Virus record (IMG/VR): IMGVR_UViG_3300022839_000060
Span: 1 to 31,878 of that record
Direction: 5' to 3' (one strand)
Origin: a virus
Lineage: Duplodnaviria > Caudoviricetes
Length of the DNA: 31,878 bases
Every line of letters begins with the position of its first letter. Position 1 is the stretch's first letter. Below, one piece after another: positions 1 to 9,700 of the stretch. Below the pieces are notes generated by a model. The model was not told where the DNA came from. It did no database searches and worked only from the letters and a program-made list of their open reading frames with translations. Position numbers and translations under genes: made by a program.

Positions 1-160
1 GGGCTGCAATCGTGGTCGCCATAATCATAGACGGGAGCGCGCCTTGGGCCGCATACGGCGCATGCGTGTCTGTGACGTTTTACGGTGCGCTCTTGCATTA
101 TTGCTTCATGCACGACGAATAAAAGCCCCCCACCCGACTGAGCATCTAAAAGGAAACGAC

Positions 161-352
161 ATGATCCAGCTTATCTTTATGAACGCCAACGCCACGCCTC
201 GGATGACGCTTATCAACTGCGATGGCGCGTCAGTTGCGCCCATCATGGCATGGTATGCCGCATATAACAGCGGCGACAAATACACCGTGACGCGCGACGG
301 GCGATCGATGCCCGCTGACGCCATGATCGTTGAAGGACAGGTGAAGCCATGA
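161..352 (+). CDS. small hypothetical phage protein (63 aa)
   Basis: AAAAGGA RBS before ATG 161 (preferred over the TTG start at 44); stop overlaps the next start (ATGA 349-352). Confidence 0.7.
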   Translation: MIQLIFMNANATPRMTLINCDGASVAPIMAWYAAYNSGDKYTVTRDGRSMPADAMIVEGQVKP

Positions 353-567
353 GCCACGACAACACAGGCGGGCCAGCATTCCCACCGCACCATGACCCCA
401 AGCACCACCCGAGCGGCATGACCTTGCGCGACTGGTTTGCGGCCCATGCGCTCGCAATGGTTATGAAGCGGTTTCAGCCCGGTTCTGATCCGTCGGGTGA
501 GGACATTGCGTTGCAGGCTTATTTCATCGCCGACTCCATGATCGCTGAGCGTCAAGGCGAGCCCTAA
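349..567 (+). CDS. conserved small phage protein (GGPAFP...GMTLRDxFAA...AY.IADxM family)
   Basis: Recognisable widespread phage motif GGPAFP / GMTLRDWFAA / AYFIADSMIAER; coupled to upstream gene. Confidence 0.85.
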   Translation: MSHDNTGGPAFPPHHDPKHHPSGMTLRDWFAAHALAMVMKRFQPGSDPSGEDIALQAYFIADSMIAERQGEP

Positions 568-572
568 ATAAC

Positions 573-628
573 AAAAGCCCCGCCCTTTGGCTTGCCTCCC
601 GGATCGGTGGAGGGGCCTTGGGCGGGGC
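573..628 (-). terminator. long GC hairpin with U-tract on minus strand
   Basis: gccccgccc 577-585 pairs with gggcggggc 620-628; inner cctcc/ggagg; A-run at 573-576 gives UUUUGUUAUUU on minus strand. Confidence 0.5.
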
Positions 629-661
629 GGATGAGGCAATGTAGCATAGGAGAGATGCGAA

Positions 662-1009
662 ATGACAAGGATCAACGAGGACAAGCGAAGCGCTTACAAC
701 CTAATGGTCGTATGCGACCCCGCATCGGAAAAAATGCTTGTCGCCGCCGCATTCATGGATCTTTCTGCTGCGGGCTTTGGCCGGGACAAGCTGCTTGAAA
801 TGATCGACAGCGAACACTGGCTGGGGCCAGTGCCAAGGTTCGCAGATATGCCAGACCCCGCGCGCATGTCGGCAAACACGCCAAAAGTTCCTACACTCCG
901 ACGACCTGACGGGAGGGCCGTGGCTTATTCGTCTCTGCCCGCGTCGGTTCAAGCCGACATGCAGTCTCGCGTTCGCCCTCTTATTCCCCGACGCAGATTT
1001 TCCTACTGA
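662..1009 (+). CDS. hypothetical protein (115 aa)
   Basis: AGGAGAG upstream; fits the plus-strand gene array. Confidence 0.7.
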   Translation: MTRINEDKRSAYNLMVVCDPASEKMLVAAAFMDLSAAGFGRDKLLEMIDSEHWLGPVPRFADMPDPARMSANTPKVPTLRRPDGRAVAYSSLPASVQADMQSRVRPLIPRRRFSY

Positions 1010-1056
1010 TGGATGACTTAATCAGCGCTCAACGATAACACAAAAGGACCAACGGC

Positions 1057-1272
1057 ATGTGCCAAGAAATCCGCTACCTCGACGACATCATTGACGACAT
1101 GGGCATGGCGCGGGCCGCTTTCGGCGACAGTCTGCGCACGCACATCCCAGATGGCGACCTGCCGCGAACGCCCGACAACTGGTGCTGCTGCAACGTGGAC
1201 ATCAACGCCACCGCGGCCGCGCTCGGGCTGACCGTGGATCGGTCTGACAACCTGCGCACGGTGATCTCGTGA
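1057..1272 (+). CDS. hypothetical Cys-containing protein (71 aa)
   Basis: AAAGGA RBS; GC3-rich codons; MCQE...WCCCNVD. Confidence 0.75.
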   Translation: MCQEIRYLDDIIDDMGMARAAFGDSLRTHIPDGDLPRTPDNWCCCNVDINATAAALGLTVDRSDNLRTVIS

Positions 1273-1283
1273 TGGAGGAGAGA

Positions 1284-1457
1284 ATGCCCGACCAGGACAC
1301 CGAAGGCCGCGACCTGTCCCCGGCGATGCAGCGCACGAGAGATAAATTCCGCCAGCATGTGGCGCAGCGTGAACGCGAGCGTGTCCGCGTCGCGGAGGAG
1401 GAAATGAAGGGCCTGCGGTGGCTGGCGCAGCGCGATCAAGGAGGCGCTGATGGATGA
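1284..1457 (+). CDS. small charged helical hypothetical protein
   Basis: GGAGGAG RBS before ATG 1284 (alternative starts 1269/1272); overlaps next gene. Confidence 0.65.
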   Translation: MPDQDTEGRDLSPAMQRTRDKFRQHVAQRERERVRVAEEEMKGLRWLAQRDQGGADG

Positions 1458-1878
1458 CGTCCGCTACGGGGCCGATCACTTCGCGGCGATGCTCCGCGCG
1501 GCAACGCCTTGGTGCGAGGGCGCAGACAAAGCCCCGCCACCGCCCCCGCCGCCCGAGGCGCTGCCCCTTACTCGCGCGCCCCGCGTCAAGCGAGGGCCGC
1601 AACAGCGCGACCTGCCATACGAGAGCCTGAAGGGTGCGACGTTCCCCATCACCCTCGATGACGGGCAAGAGATGCTGATCGAGGATCTTGTCCGCGCGTG
1701 CCGTGTTCTACAACGACGCGGACGCACCAACCGGAACTTTGAGCACATGCTGAACATGCGCGTTGCTGGCGCGACCTTTGCCGAGATTGGCGCGGCGGCG
1801 GGCATATCGTCGGCGCGCGCCAACCAACACATGCGAGTTATCTGGCACTGCGCGTCGAAAAGCCCGATTATCCGCTGA
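1450..1878 (+). CDS. DNA-binding protein with C-terminal sigma-70 region-4-like HTH
   Basis: AGGAGG RBS; C-terminal MLNMRVAGATFAEIGAAAGISSARANQH fits the T-x-x-EIG...G-IS..R..Q HTH pattern; poly-Pro linker. Confidence 0.7.
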   Translation: MDDVRYGADHFAAMLRAATPWCEGADKAPPPPPPPEALPLTRAPRVKRGPQQRDLPYESLKGATFPITLDDGQEMLIEDLVRACRVLQRRGRTNRNFEHMLNMRVAGATFAEIGAAAGISSARANQHMRVIWHCASKSPIIR

Positions 1879-1893
1879 CAGAAGGAGGCGACC

Positions 1894-2088
1894 ATGACGC
1901 CCGAAACCATCCAGCGCGCCGTTGACACCATCCGCGAAATGCAGCGCGACCCCGAGTCCGCGCATTTGGCCGAGGAAGACCTACACCAAGCGGTTCTCGC
2001 CGCCATCGCAGGCGGCCTTGTAGACGACCCAGCGGAATGCGCTCGCGTGGCGTTGACGACCGCAGAGATGACGTTCCCGCGCTGGTGA
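1894..2088 (+). CDS. conserved small phage hypothetical protein (64 aa)
   Basis: AAGGAGG RBS; DPESAHLAEEDL...FPRW. Confidence 0.8.
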   Translation: MTPETIQRAVDTIREMQRDPESAHLAEEDLHQAVLAAIAGGLVDDPAECARVALTTAEMTFPRW

Positions 2089-2096
2089 GCTCAGCA

Positions 2097-2125
2097 TTGC
2101 TCGCATGTGCGCGGTGCCATATGAT
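2097..2125 (+). promoter_or_regulatory. sigma-70-type promoter
   Basis: TTGCTC (2097-2102), 17-nt spacer, TATGAT (2120-2125). Confidence 0.6.
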
Positions 2126-2130
2126 CGGCG

Positions 2131-2260
2131 GGCGTCGCGGCAAAGCGGTCCCTGCGTGGCGACGGCCACGCGCATCGGGTGAAGCGCCAGCCGCGACGCA
2201 CCCCACCTTATGACCGGCCCCACTGTCTCGGCCTCGTTGCCCCGATACGGGCCGGTCTTC
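2131..2260 (+). ncRNA. candidate structured small RNA
   Basis: 10-bp stem gcgtcgcggc 2132-2141 / gccgcgacgc 2190-2199 enclosing a gcgtggc-gacg-gccacgc hairpin; second hairpin 2212-2257; starts at the predicted +1 of the promoter. Confidence 0.45.
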
Positions 2261-2527
2261 TCACTCCCCCCTGATCGCCTCATCTCGGCGGGCGAAGTGA
2301 TCCACCGTCATCCAATGCCGGCGCGAGCAATCGCGAAGCTCCACCCGATCCCGCGCCCACAGCGCCCCCACCACATCAGCGCCAAGATCCCCCGCAGGGA
2401 CCGCCACGGGATCGGCGCACGGCGCGGCCAGCCCCGGCGAGAGCGCGCGCAAGACGCCGGGAGCGACAGGCGCGGTGCGGCCGCACGCGGACAGCGCGAC
2501 CGCCACCAGCACAATGGCGATCCTCAT
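2261..2527 (-). CDS. Rz1: o-spanin (Rz1-like lipoprotein, 88 aa)
   Basis: MRIAIVLVAVALSA|C lipobox; Pro-rich body with C...DC; ATGA overlap with i-spanin stop. Confidence 0.8.
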   Translation of the reverse strand: MRIAIVLVAVALSACGRTAPVAPGVLRALSPGLAAPCADPVAVPAGDLGADVVGALWARDRVELRDCSRRHWMTVDHFARRDEAIRGE

Positions 2528-2853
2528 TGCAGCATTCCCCTGATCCGATCGCCCTGATCCGCCGACAGGCACGGCGCCCCGGTGCGAATGTCGTCCAGCG
2601 CCATCAGCGCATTCAACTCGCGCCGCCGCGCCGCGATGCCATCGGCCTCGCGCTTTGCGGTGAGCACCGCCGCCGCGTCCACCGCTTCTGTCTGCGCTGC
2701 CACCTCCGCGGCTCTGGCGGCCACACAGCGGCCCCGCTCCGATTGGACGCCCTGTTGGTGAGCGAAGAACAACGCCGCCCCGCACAGCGCCGCCGCAGCG
2801 CCCCAGCGCCACGCTCGCGCGGGGACGAGGCTCAGGAGTGCGAGGGGCGCCAT
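2524..2853 (-). CDS. Rz: i-spanin (Rz-like, 109 aa)
   Basis: N-terminal TM, Ala-rich coiled coil, C-terminal Cys; TGATG coupling with endolysin stop; lies between endolysin and lipoprotein. Confidence 0.75.
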   Translation of the reverse strand: MAPLALLSLVPARAWRWGAAAALCGAALFFAHQQGVQSERGRCVAARAAEVAAQTEAVDAAAVLTAKREADGIAARRRELNALMALDDIRTGAPCLSADQGDRIRGMLQ

Positions 2854-3692
2854 CACGCGGCCCCCCGGCCCATCTGGCCCTTGATGAACCACACCGCGCC
2901 GCAGACAGCGGCCAGCGCCACGCCGATCCCGATGCCCCACGCCAGCGGGCCCTCGACGCCGACGAAATCCTTCAGGGTGGTCGCGACCACGCCAATGGCC
3001 GACACGGCCGCGCCGGTCGTGATGCTCGCCTTGACGGGCGACTTGATGATCGACGTCGCCGCTTCCTTCGCGTCGGGCCGCTGCGCAAACAGCCCGGACG
3101 ACCTGAGCGCGGACATGAACACGCCGGCGTATCCCGCGATCAGGTCCGCCCGATCCGTCCCGTTGACGATCGCTCGGGCGCCGAAGAAATCCGCGTGACC
3201 AGGCGCGATGTAATCCGTCAGGCGGCGGCCGGTGAAGGTGCCGAAAATCATCCCGTCCCAGATGATCTTTGCCGCGATCTCCGGGTCACATGCCAGGTCG
3301 GGCGTCTCGATCAGATCCACGCCAAGCCGGTCGCCCGTCCGCTGGTAATTGGCGCGACCCGTGAGCTGCACGAACCCGCGGCCCTTGAACCGCTTCCCAT
3401 CGCCCGCCTTGGTGTTCCCCAGATCCTTGCGGCCCTCATATGCCGCGCCGCTGGCGATCTCCTCCATGTAGCGGAACCGCCCCGTTTCGTGGTGCGCGGT
3501 TGCGAGCACATAGGCGATTTCCCCGAGGCACGCGCCGCGGCTTTGCCCTTCGACAACGAGGGCGCGCAGCGGCTTCGATTGCCACTCCGGGATGCTGCCC
3601 CGATAGAGGGGGCGAAGCACGGCGCCGAGAAAAGTGTCCATTGCGCCCGAAGGCATCAGCGGCGCAGCGCCGCCATTCCAAGTTTCGGCCAT
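2853..3692 (-). CDS. glycoside hydrolase family 19 endolysin with C-terminal hydrophobic helices
   Basis: LATAHHETG, YEGRKDLGN, DGKRFKGRGFVQLTGRANY, ARAIVNG motifs; GGGAGG RBS before ATG 3692. Confidence 0.9.
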   Translation of the reverse strand: MAETWNGGAAPLMPSGAMDTFLGAVLRPLYRGSIPEWQSKPLRALVVEGQSRGACLGEIAYVLATAHHETGRFRYMEEIASGAAYEGRKDLGNTKAGDGKRFKGRGFVQLTGRANYQRTGDRLGVDLIETPDLACDPEIAAKIIWDGMIFGTFTGRRLTDYIAPGHADFFGARAIVNGTDRADLIAGYAGVFMSALRSSGLFAQRPDAKEAATSIIKSPVKASITTGAAVSAIGVVATTLKDFVGVEGPLAWGIGIGVALAAVCGAVWFIKGQMGRGAA

Positions 3693-3711
3693 GTCGGCCT
3701 CCCGTATGTGT

Positions 3712-3741
3712 GGAAAGACCGGGGCCATGACGCAGCCCCGG
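3712..3741 (-). terminator. possible weak terminator after the giant gene
   Basis: ccggggc 3719-3725 / gccccgg 3735-3741 stem followed by UCUUUCC on minus strand. Confidence 0.35.
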
Positions 3742-3745
3742 CGCG

Positions 3746-6700
3746 TCACTCAGCGGCTTTTCTCGTGCGATCGTGCAGCTCGATGGCCCGCCGGTGAATG
3801 TCGTATTGCTGGAGGCGAAGGCGCTCCAGCGCCGTCTCCTTGGCGTCTTCCGCCATGCTTGACGCGCGAACCAAGCCCTCCTGCTTTCGCAGGCTTGAGA
3901 GGATCTTCGCATAAGCGTTGAACGGGCCGATCAGCCGCAAAAGCACTGGATCGCGATTGCGAGCGGCCAAGGCCTCCTCAGCGCGACCGGCGCCGGAAAG
4001 TCCCTTTAGTTCGAACTCCAGCGCCGATGTGGCGTCTGAAATCTTATCGTATGCCCGCCACGTCGGCATCTCCCCGAAGGTGCGCGTGTAAAAGTTGCGC
4101 ACGAAGGGAACCTGGTCGAGATCCAGCGGCCGCCCTGCGCTAAGGTCTTCACCCGTCCTGATGGATCGCGTGATGAGCCGACCCACGCCGCCGGTGTAGG
4201 CGCTGAAAAGGTGGTCGATCTGCTCGGGCGAAATGTCAATCCACCCCCCGCGGAACGTGTTGCCGCCGGTCGAGTCGTTCAGATATTTTGTGAGAGACTT
4301 GGACCACGACGAGACGCTGGGATAATACTGCTCGCTCATCGGGCGCAGATCGCCGGGGTAGCTTGGCTTGATGGTGCTGTCCATGAAGTTTTTATTGCGC
4401 ACCACCTCAGAGATAGGGTCCAGCACGGTTGGGATTGCCATGGCGAACAAGTCTTGCCCGCCAAGGGGATTGAACGAGTTCAATATGGCCGAAACTATAA
4501 CCCCCGCGCTTTCGGCCGGAGTTGACCCGTGCAATGCCATCCGACCCATTTCGGTGCCCGCGACCTTGAACACGTTGTAGCCGTAGGAGATCGGCATTTT
4601 CCCAAACTCGCCTGACTCACCAAGCCCAAGCGGCGCCCACGCAATGACGATGTTACGCTCTCGAACGTAGTCATCAAGTTTTTTATATTCGTCATCATCC
4701 CCAGAAGCCAGAATGGCCTCCAGGAGACCCATGAACATATAGCTCCCAGCCAACGCACGCGCTGTGTTGCTATTTTTGAGCGTCGTGAACATGGCGGCAG
4801 AGCCCTGCATCGCGGCGTTGAAGAACATATATGCGGCGTTGATGGCCGGGGTTGCATTGCCCTTTGCGTTAAAGTCCACCGTCACGTTTCGGGCGATAAT
4901 CGCAGCCGCCGTGCGGGGCACGCCAGCATCCACGGCTGCTTTGTAGGCCGCGATGCGGATTGCGTTCTCGCCTGTGCTGGTGACAACTTCGATTGCTGCG
5001 AATATGCGGCCCGGACCCGCATCCCAGAGCTTCTTCATCTTCTTTTCGGTCGTGGCGCCCGAAACCATGTCCTTGAACGCCTCGACGTCCTTGAAGTCGA
5101 TGTATGACACCTTGCCGCCATCGGCCACAAAGTCCTCTGCCACCTGCTTCCAACGGCTGTTGCCCATGCCGCTAAAATACTGAGCAGCCCCAAGAAACGC
5201 GCCGAAGTAATTCTTATACATCGAAATAGCAAGGCTCTTTTGGGTAAGCCCGCCGATCTGAATGCCCGCCGTCTGGAGGTCTCGCAGCATGTTTACGGAG
5301 AACCACTCAATGTTCCAAGTCGTGTTGAGTGCCGAAATGGTTCTTGTCAAAGCCCCCACGATGCTAACGAATGCACGAACTAAAGCGCTTCCGTTTTCTG
5401 GGTTCATGCTTTTCAAGCCCGCGGCGATGTCCGGGTTTTGGATCGTGATCGCCACCTCCTTCCCGCCGATCTTCACGATCATCACGTTGTCGGCCATCCG
5501 GCTGGGCGGAGTAGACTTGAACTTGACCTGCTTGCGGCTCACCATCACCGGGTCGCCAGTCACGGGGTCGATCACCATCACCTTGGATTTGCCGATGGAG
5601 CGCGTCACCTCTCGCCGATCAACCTCCCACGCCGCAGGGTTCGGGTTCGCCGTCACGAAGCGCAGAAACGTCTTGCCGACGCGGTTTTTCTCACTGCGCA
5701 CGATCGTGCTGGCCGCCTGCGTGAACGCATAGGCAAGCGGGCTGTCCGAGCGCGACCGGCGCCCGGTTCTGGCCCGGCTCTCCTGCCCGCGGATGTCGAA
5801 GCCCCGGCCTATGCCGTAGCCACTGTCGGCCTCCTCATCCTTAAACCCGCGAAGGGGCACATAGTTGCTGTAGACGGATCGCATGGCGTCGGCGCTCTCT
5901 TGCGCGATCAGCCCAGACGACACCTGAAGGTCAAGCGCCTGATCGAGCATCCGCCGCACCCGGCGCGACACCTGCCGGTAAACCGCGGCTTGCGGGGTTG
6001 CCTCCGCGCGCGTGATTATCGCGGCTGCTTCGTTCGCGCTCATGCCCGATCCGCCAACCACGTCAGGATCGGTCACGGCCTGCACGAACTGATGGTCCGG
6101 GTTATCGACTTCGTAGAGGCGCGCAACCTGCTCGTTTGCCTCGGCCGCGTGCATGGCCGCCAGATAGTCGTCCATGTCGGTGCTCTCGATGCCCGCCTTA
6201 TCCATCACCTTGATGATGGGACGCACCTGCCCGTCATAGAACTTTTCAAGGCGTGCCCCCGTGCGCCCGATGTAAAGGCTGGCGATGCCATAGGTGTCCT
6301 GGTTGAGCGGGGTAGGGGCTCCCGTTGCAGCCTCAACCGCGCGCTGCTGACGCAAGGTGTCGGTTCGGGTGTTCACAAGGCTTCGCTTCCAAAACGTGCC
6401 CAAATCTTGCCAGCTTTGCGCCTTCAGCAGCTCGCCCCAATTCCACGGCGCAAACATGCGCGCAAGCTCGCCGCGTGTGCGGGTCTCATAGGTATCAAAC
6501 GGACCAGGCGGCACGTTTCGGCGCTGCTCGCGGCTAACGATTGTCACGCTGTCGTCGTGGTAGATCACATAGTTGAACGTCCCATCGCCCACCCTGCGCG
6601 ACCGCCCGTCGAGAAAGCGGTGGCCCGGAATGCCCGCGGCGTGCATGGCCAGCGACGCCGCCTGATCGCCGCCCAGCTTGCGCGACAAGGCGTTGTAGGC

Positions 6701-9700
6701 GGCTTTGCCGCTCGATGCGGGCCGCTCGCCGTCGAGCAGGCCGCGCATGGCGTCGCGCACGCCTTGCGGCTGTTCGGACATCGGGGTGTCGAACGTCAAC
6801 ATGCTCGCGTCTTCGGGTATTTCGACGGTGTAGAGCGCGCCGGGCTGGCTGTTATCAGAAACGACTTGAGAAATTTCCGAAGCCATTTTGTCAAGAAGAT
6901 CAACTTCAAGTTTTAGTTCTTCAATCTCAATTCTTCTGGTTTTACCATAAGGGCCGTGCTCCATAGCAACAGCCTTGATTTTTTCACGGGGAACCTTGCT
7001 GGCATCAGTTTCCCCGATCTCCATCCCTGTTGTCGGAAGTTTCTGAACTTGTAGAGATGCAATTTCAAAGCCGACATAGCTAATCATACGCTCCATTGCG
7101 GCTATGTCTTTTTCAAGCGCCAGAGTTGAATTATTAAGTTTATCAATCTTGTCAGTGCGTTCGGATCGCGCCTCATTGAACCATGTTCCAAAGTCACCAT
7201 TGCTGTCGCGCATTCTTGATGCCGGAAAAAAGACACTGGTGAGATCCGCGCCGCTAAGTTTTTCACTTCTAAGAAAGGCGTCTACAACATTAGAAAGTGA
7301 GCTTCTACCACGGTAATCCTGACCGTTATATGTAAAGTATTGCTTTTCTTTACTGTCGCCGTTTGGTTTTGTAAGGATGTCTCGGTAAAACTTTGCCAGC
7401 GACTTCCTGCCCGCGAAATACATGCCCCAGCCGAACGCCTGCGCGCCCTCCCCAGTCCCCATGGCCGACGTGCTGAATTTGGGGAACTTGTGCGGCGACC
7501 CATGGAACGCTGACTGATCGCGCTCCACAAAGCGGCCGTCCGGGCCGCGCACCCGCGCGCCGATCGCGCCGCTGTCCACCCGGCCAAACGTGCCATCAGT
7601 GCTGTTGAAGCCGTTGCCTTGCACCCAGTTGCCGATCGCCTCGATGACCGACTTGATCTTGGCAAATGCGCGCGCCACCACGTCCGGGGTGCTCTTGCGC
7701 TTGCCGTCCGCCCAAGCCGCAAATTCCTCTGCGATCGCTTCCTCACGCCATAGCGCCGTGTCGCCCTCTGGATACAGCGCCTTGACGTTGTGTTTTTTGA
7801 TCCACAGCGCATCGGCCCGCTTGCTCAGGGCTGACCACTCGCCTGTCGTGAACATGCCACCAAGGTAGAGCGCGTGGATCGCTTCATGGTTCAGCGTGCC
7901 CGTGAAATTGTCAGAAGTCGTGTTGATAACAATCGTGCGCGATCCGTCAGAGGCCATCCTGAAGGCGCCCTGAGCGCTGCTACCGCTTTCAACGACGAGC
8001 GCCACGTCCTTGAGCCCCAGCGCGTCCAGACGGGCACGCAGATCGCCTATCTGTGCGGCGATCATGGTCTGGGTCGTGACTGGGCCGCGCCGCTCAGATG
8101 TGGCGGGCTGAGCGAGAGGGTTCATTTGAAAACGAATGCGAGCGTCTTCGGGGTCAAAGGTTCCCTGGTTGTCGGTAGACTTGATCTGCTCCGGGTCAAA
8201 CGCGATCCAAACGCGATGCTTCACGCTGCCAGATGTAATTCGGCCTCCACCCATGTGGGTGATGCCGTCGTGCCCCATTGCGCGAAGCGCGTCCTGCATG
8301 ATCTCGGCGCCCTCATAGCTGGGCATCCCCTCTGCGGACAAAGCGTCTTCGGCCAGCCGATAGGCGTCTTCGTTCGTCACGCTGCCATCAAAATCAGCTT
8401 CGTATCGGCTGAACGCCTCGGTCCACGCTTTGATGTCTGCCTTAGCCTCCATGTCCAACGGGTTCTGGATGGACAGGAAAACTTCGTAGATACCCGGCGT
8501 TACCTTGTCGCCACGAGCGATGATCGCCTTTGCGCCCTTCTCGGTATAGGTTTCAGCCATCTCGCGTAGTTGGGTGAAATATCCACCCATGCCCATCAGG
8601 CCATAGTTGCCCGCATAGGTGTCGAACATATCAAAGCCAAAGCGTGCCGTGCCGTGATAGACGGTCAGCGGGTTGCCGTCGGCATCGACCACCTTGCTTT
8701 TTCGGAACCATTTGTTGAACGCGGTGTCGCTCGCATCGCCGCGCCGCTCGCGGGTGACGGTGCCGTTCACCGCGTCAACAAACTTGGTGCGCTCGGCCGC
8801 GCTGAAAAACTGGAAGCCGGGCACGGCCCCGCCGGACTTGTAGGCGGAATAGTGCCCCCCGTTGGCCTTGGCGATCGCCAGCACGGCCGAATACGCCTCT
8901 CTCGACAGGCGCGCGCCGCTGGTGGCGACGAACACGGGCATGTCGCGCTTCACATGGCGCGTTTCAGCTAGGTCGAACTGCACGCCAGCCACCGGCGCAA
9001 GATCCGCGACTTCAGGCGCATCGACAGGAAGCGGGGCGTCCTTCGTTTTGGGCTCCAGGCGATCAGCGATGGAAAGCCCCTCCATCGCGTCGAAAAGCTG
9101 GTCGATATTCGTTTCGCCGGTGAAATCCACACTTTTCTGCGACAACGCGGCGGCGATTTCAGGATCGGACTGCTTCTCCAGAACGATGATCTTTGTGGCG
9201 ACCTTCGTTCCAGCGCGCTCGAAAGTGACCGCAGGCAAGGCGATGCTGGCAACCTCATAGACGCCCGACATCCCGCGCTCGGCCATCACGCGCGCATAGG
9301 CCTTGTCCGCAGCGGGGCCGACAGGCACAAGCGCCACGATCCGTCCGCCGTTGCGCAAGTGCGTCGCGGCCTTGGCGACATGCTTGAACGCCGTTGATCC
9401 GCCGACGCCAAACGGCGGGTTCATTACGATCGCGTCGAATTTGTTGACGACGTGCAGATCCTCGAACGTGCCCGTCTGCACATCCGATCCTGGCGCCGCC
9501 AGCGCAGCCCGCGAGGACAGCGACGGGGAGGGCTCGATCAGCACCCGATTGCTGGTGTCGGGCATCCAGCGCGCAATGGCTCCGTCCCCGGCCGAAGGCT
9601 CCAGCACGTCCTCAAGGGTCTTGATGTTGGCCAGTTGCACCATCTTGAGACCGACCGGCTCTGGCGTGGCGTAGAAATCCGCGCCCTCGCGCTGGTCGCG

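Noticed and set aside
93-121. Promoter upstream of the 161 gene (TTGCAT)
   Set aside because: No convincing -10 hexamer at 16-18 nt spacing
2131-2204. tRNA gene (stem followed by ACCC)
   Set aside because: No T-stem or TTC loop in the required position, no D or anticodon arms; it folds as a rod rather than a cloverleaf
6850-7395. Intein or homing endonuclease insertion
   Set aside because: No C/S...HN-C/S/T splice motifs and no LAGLIDADG or HNH signature
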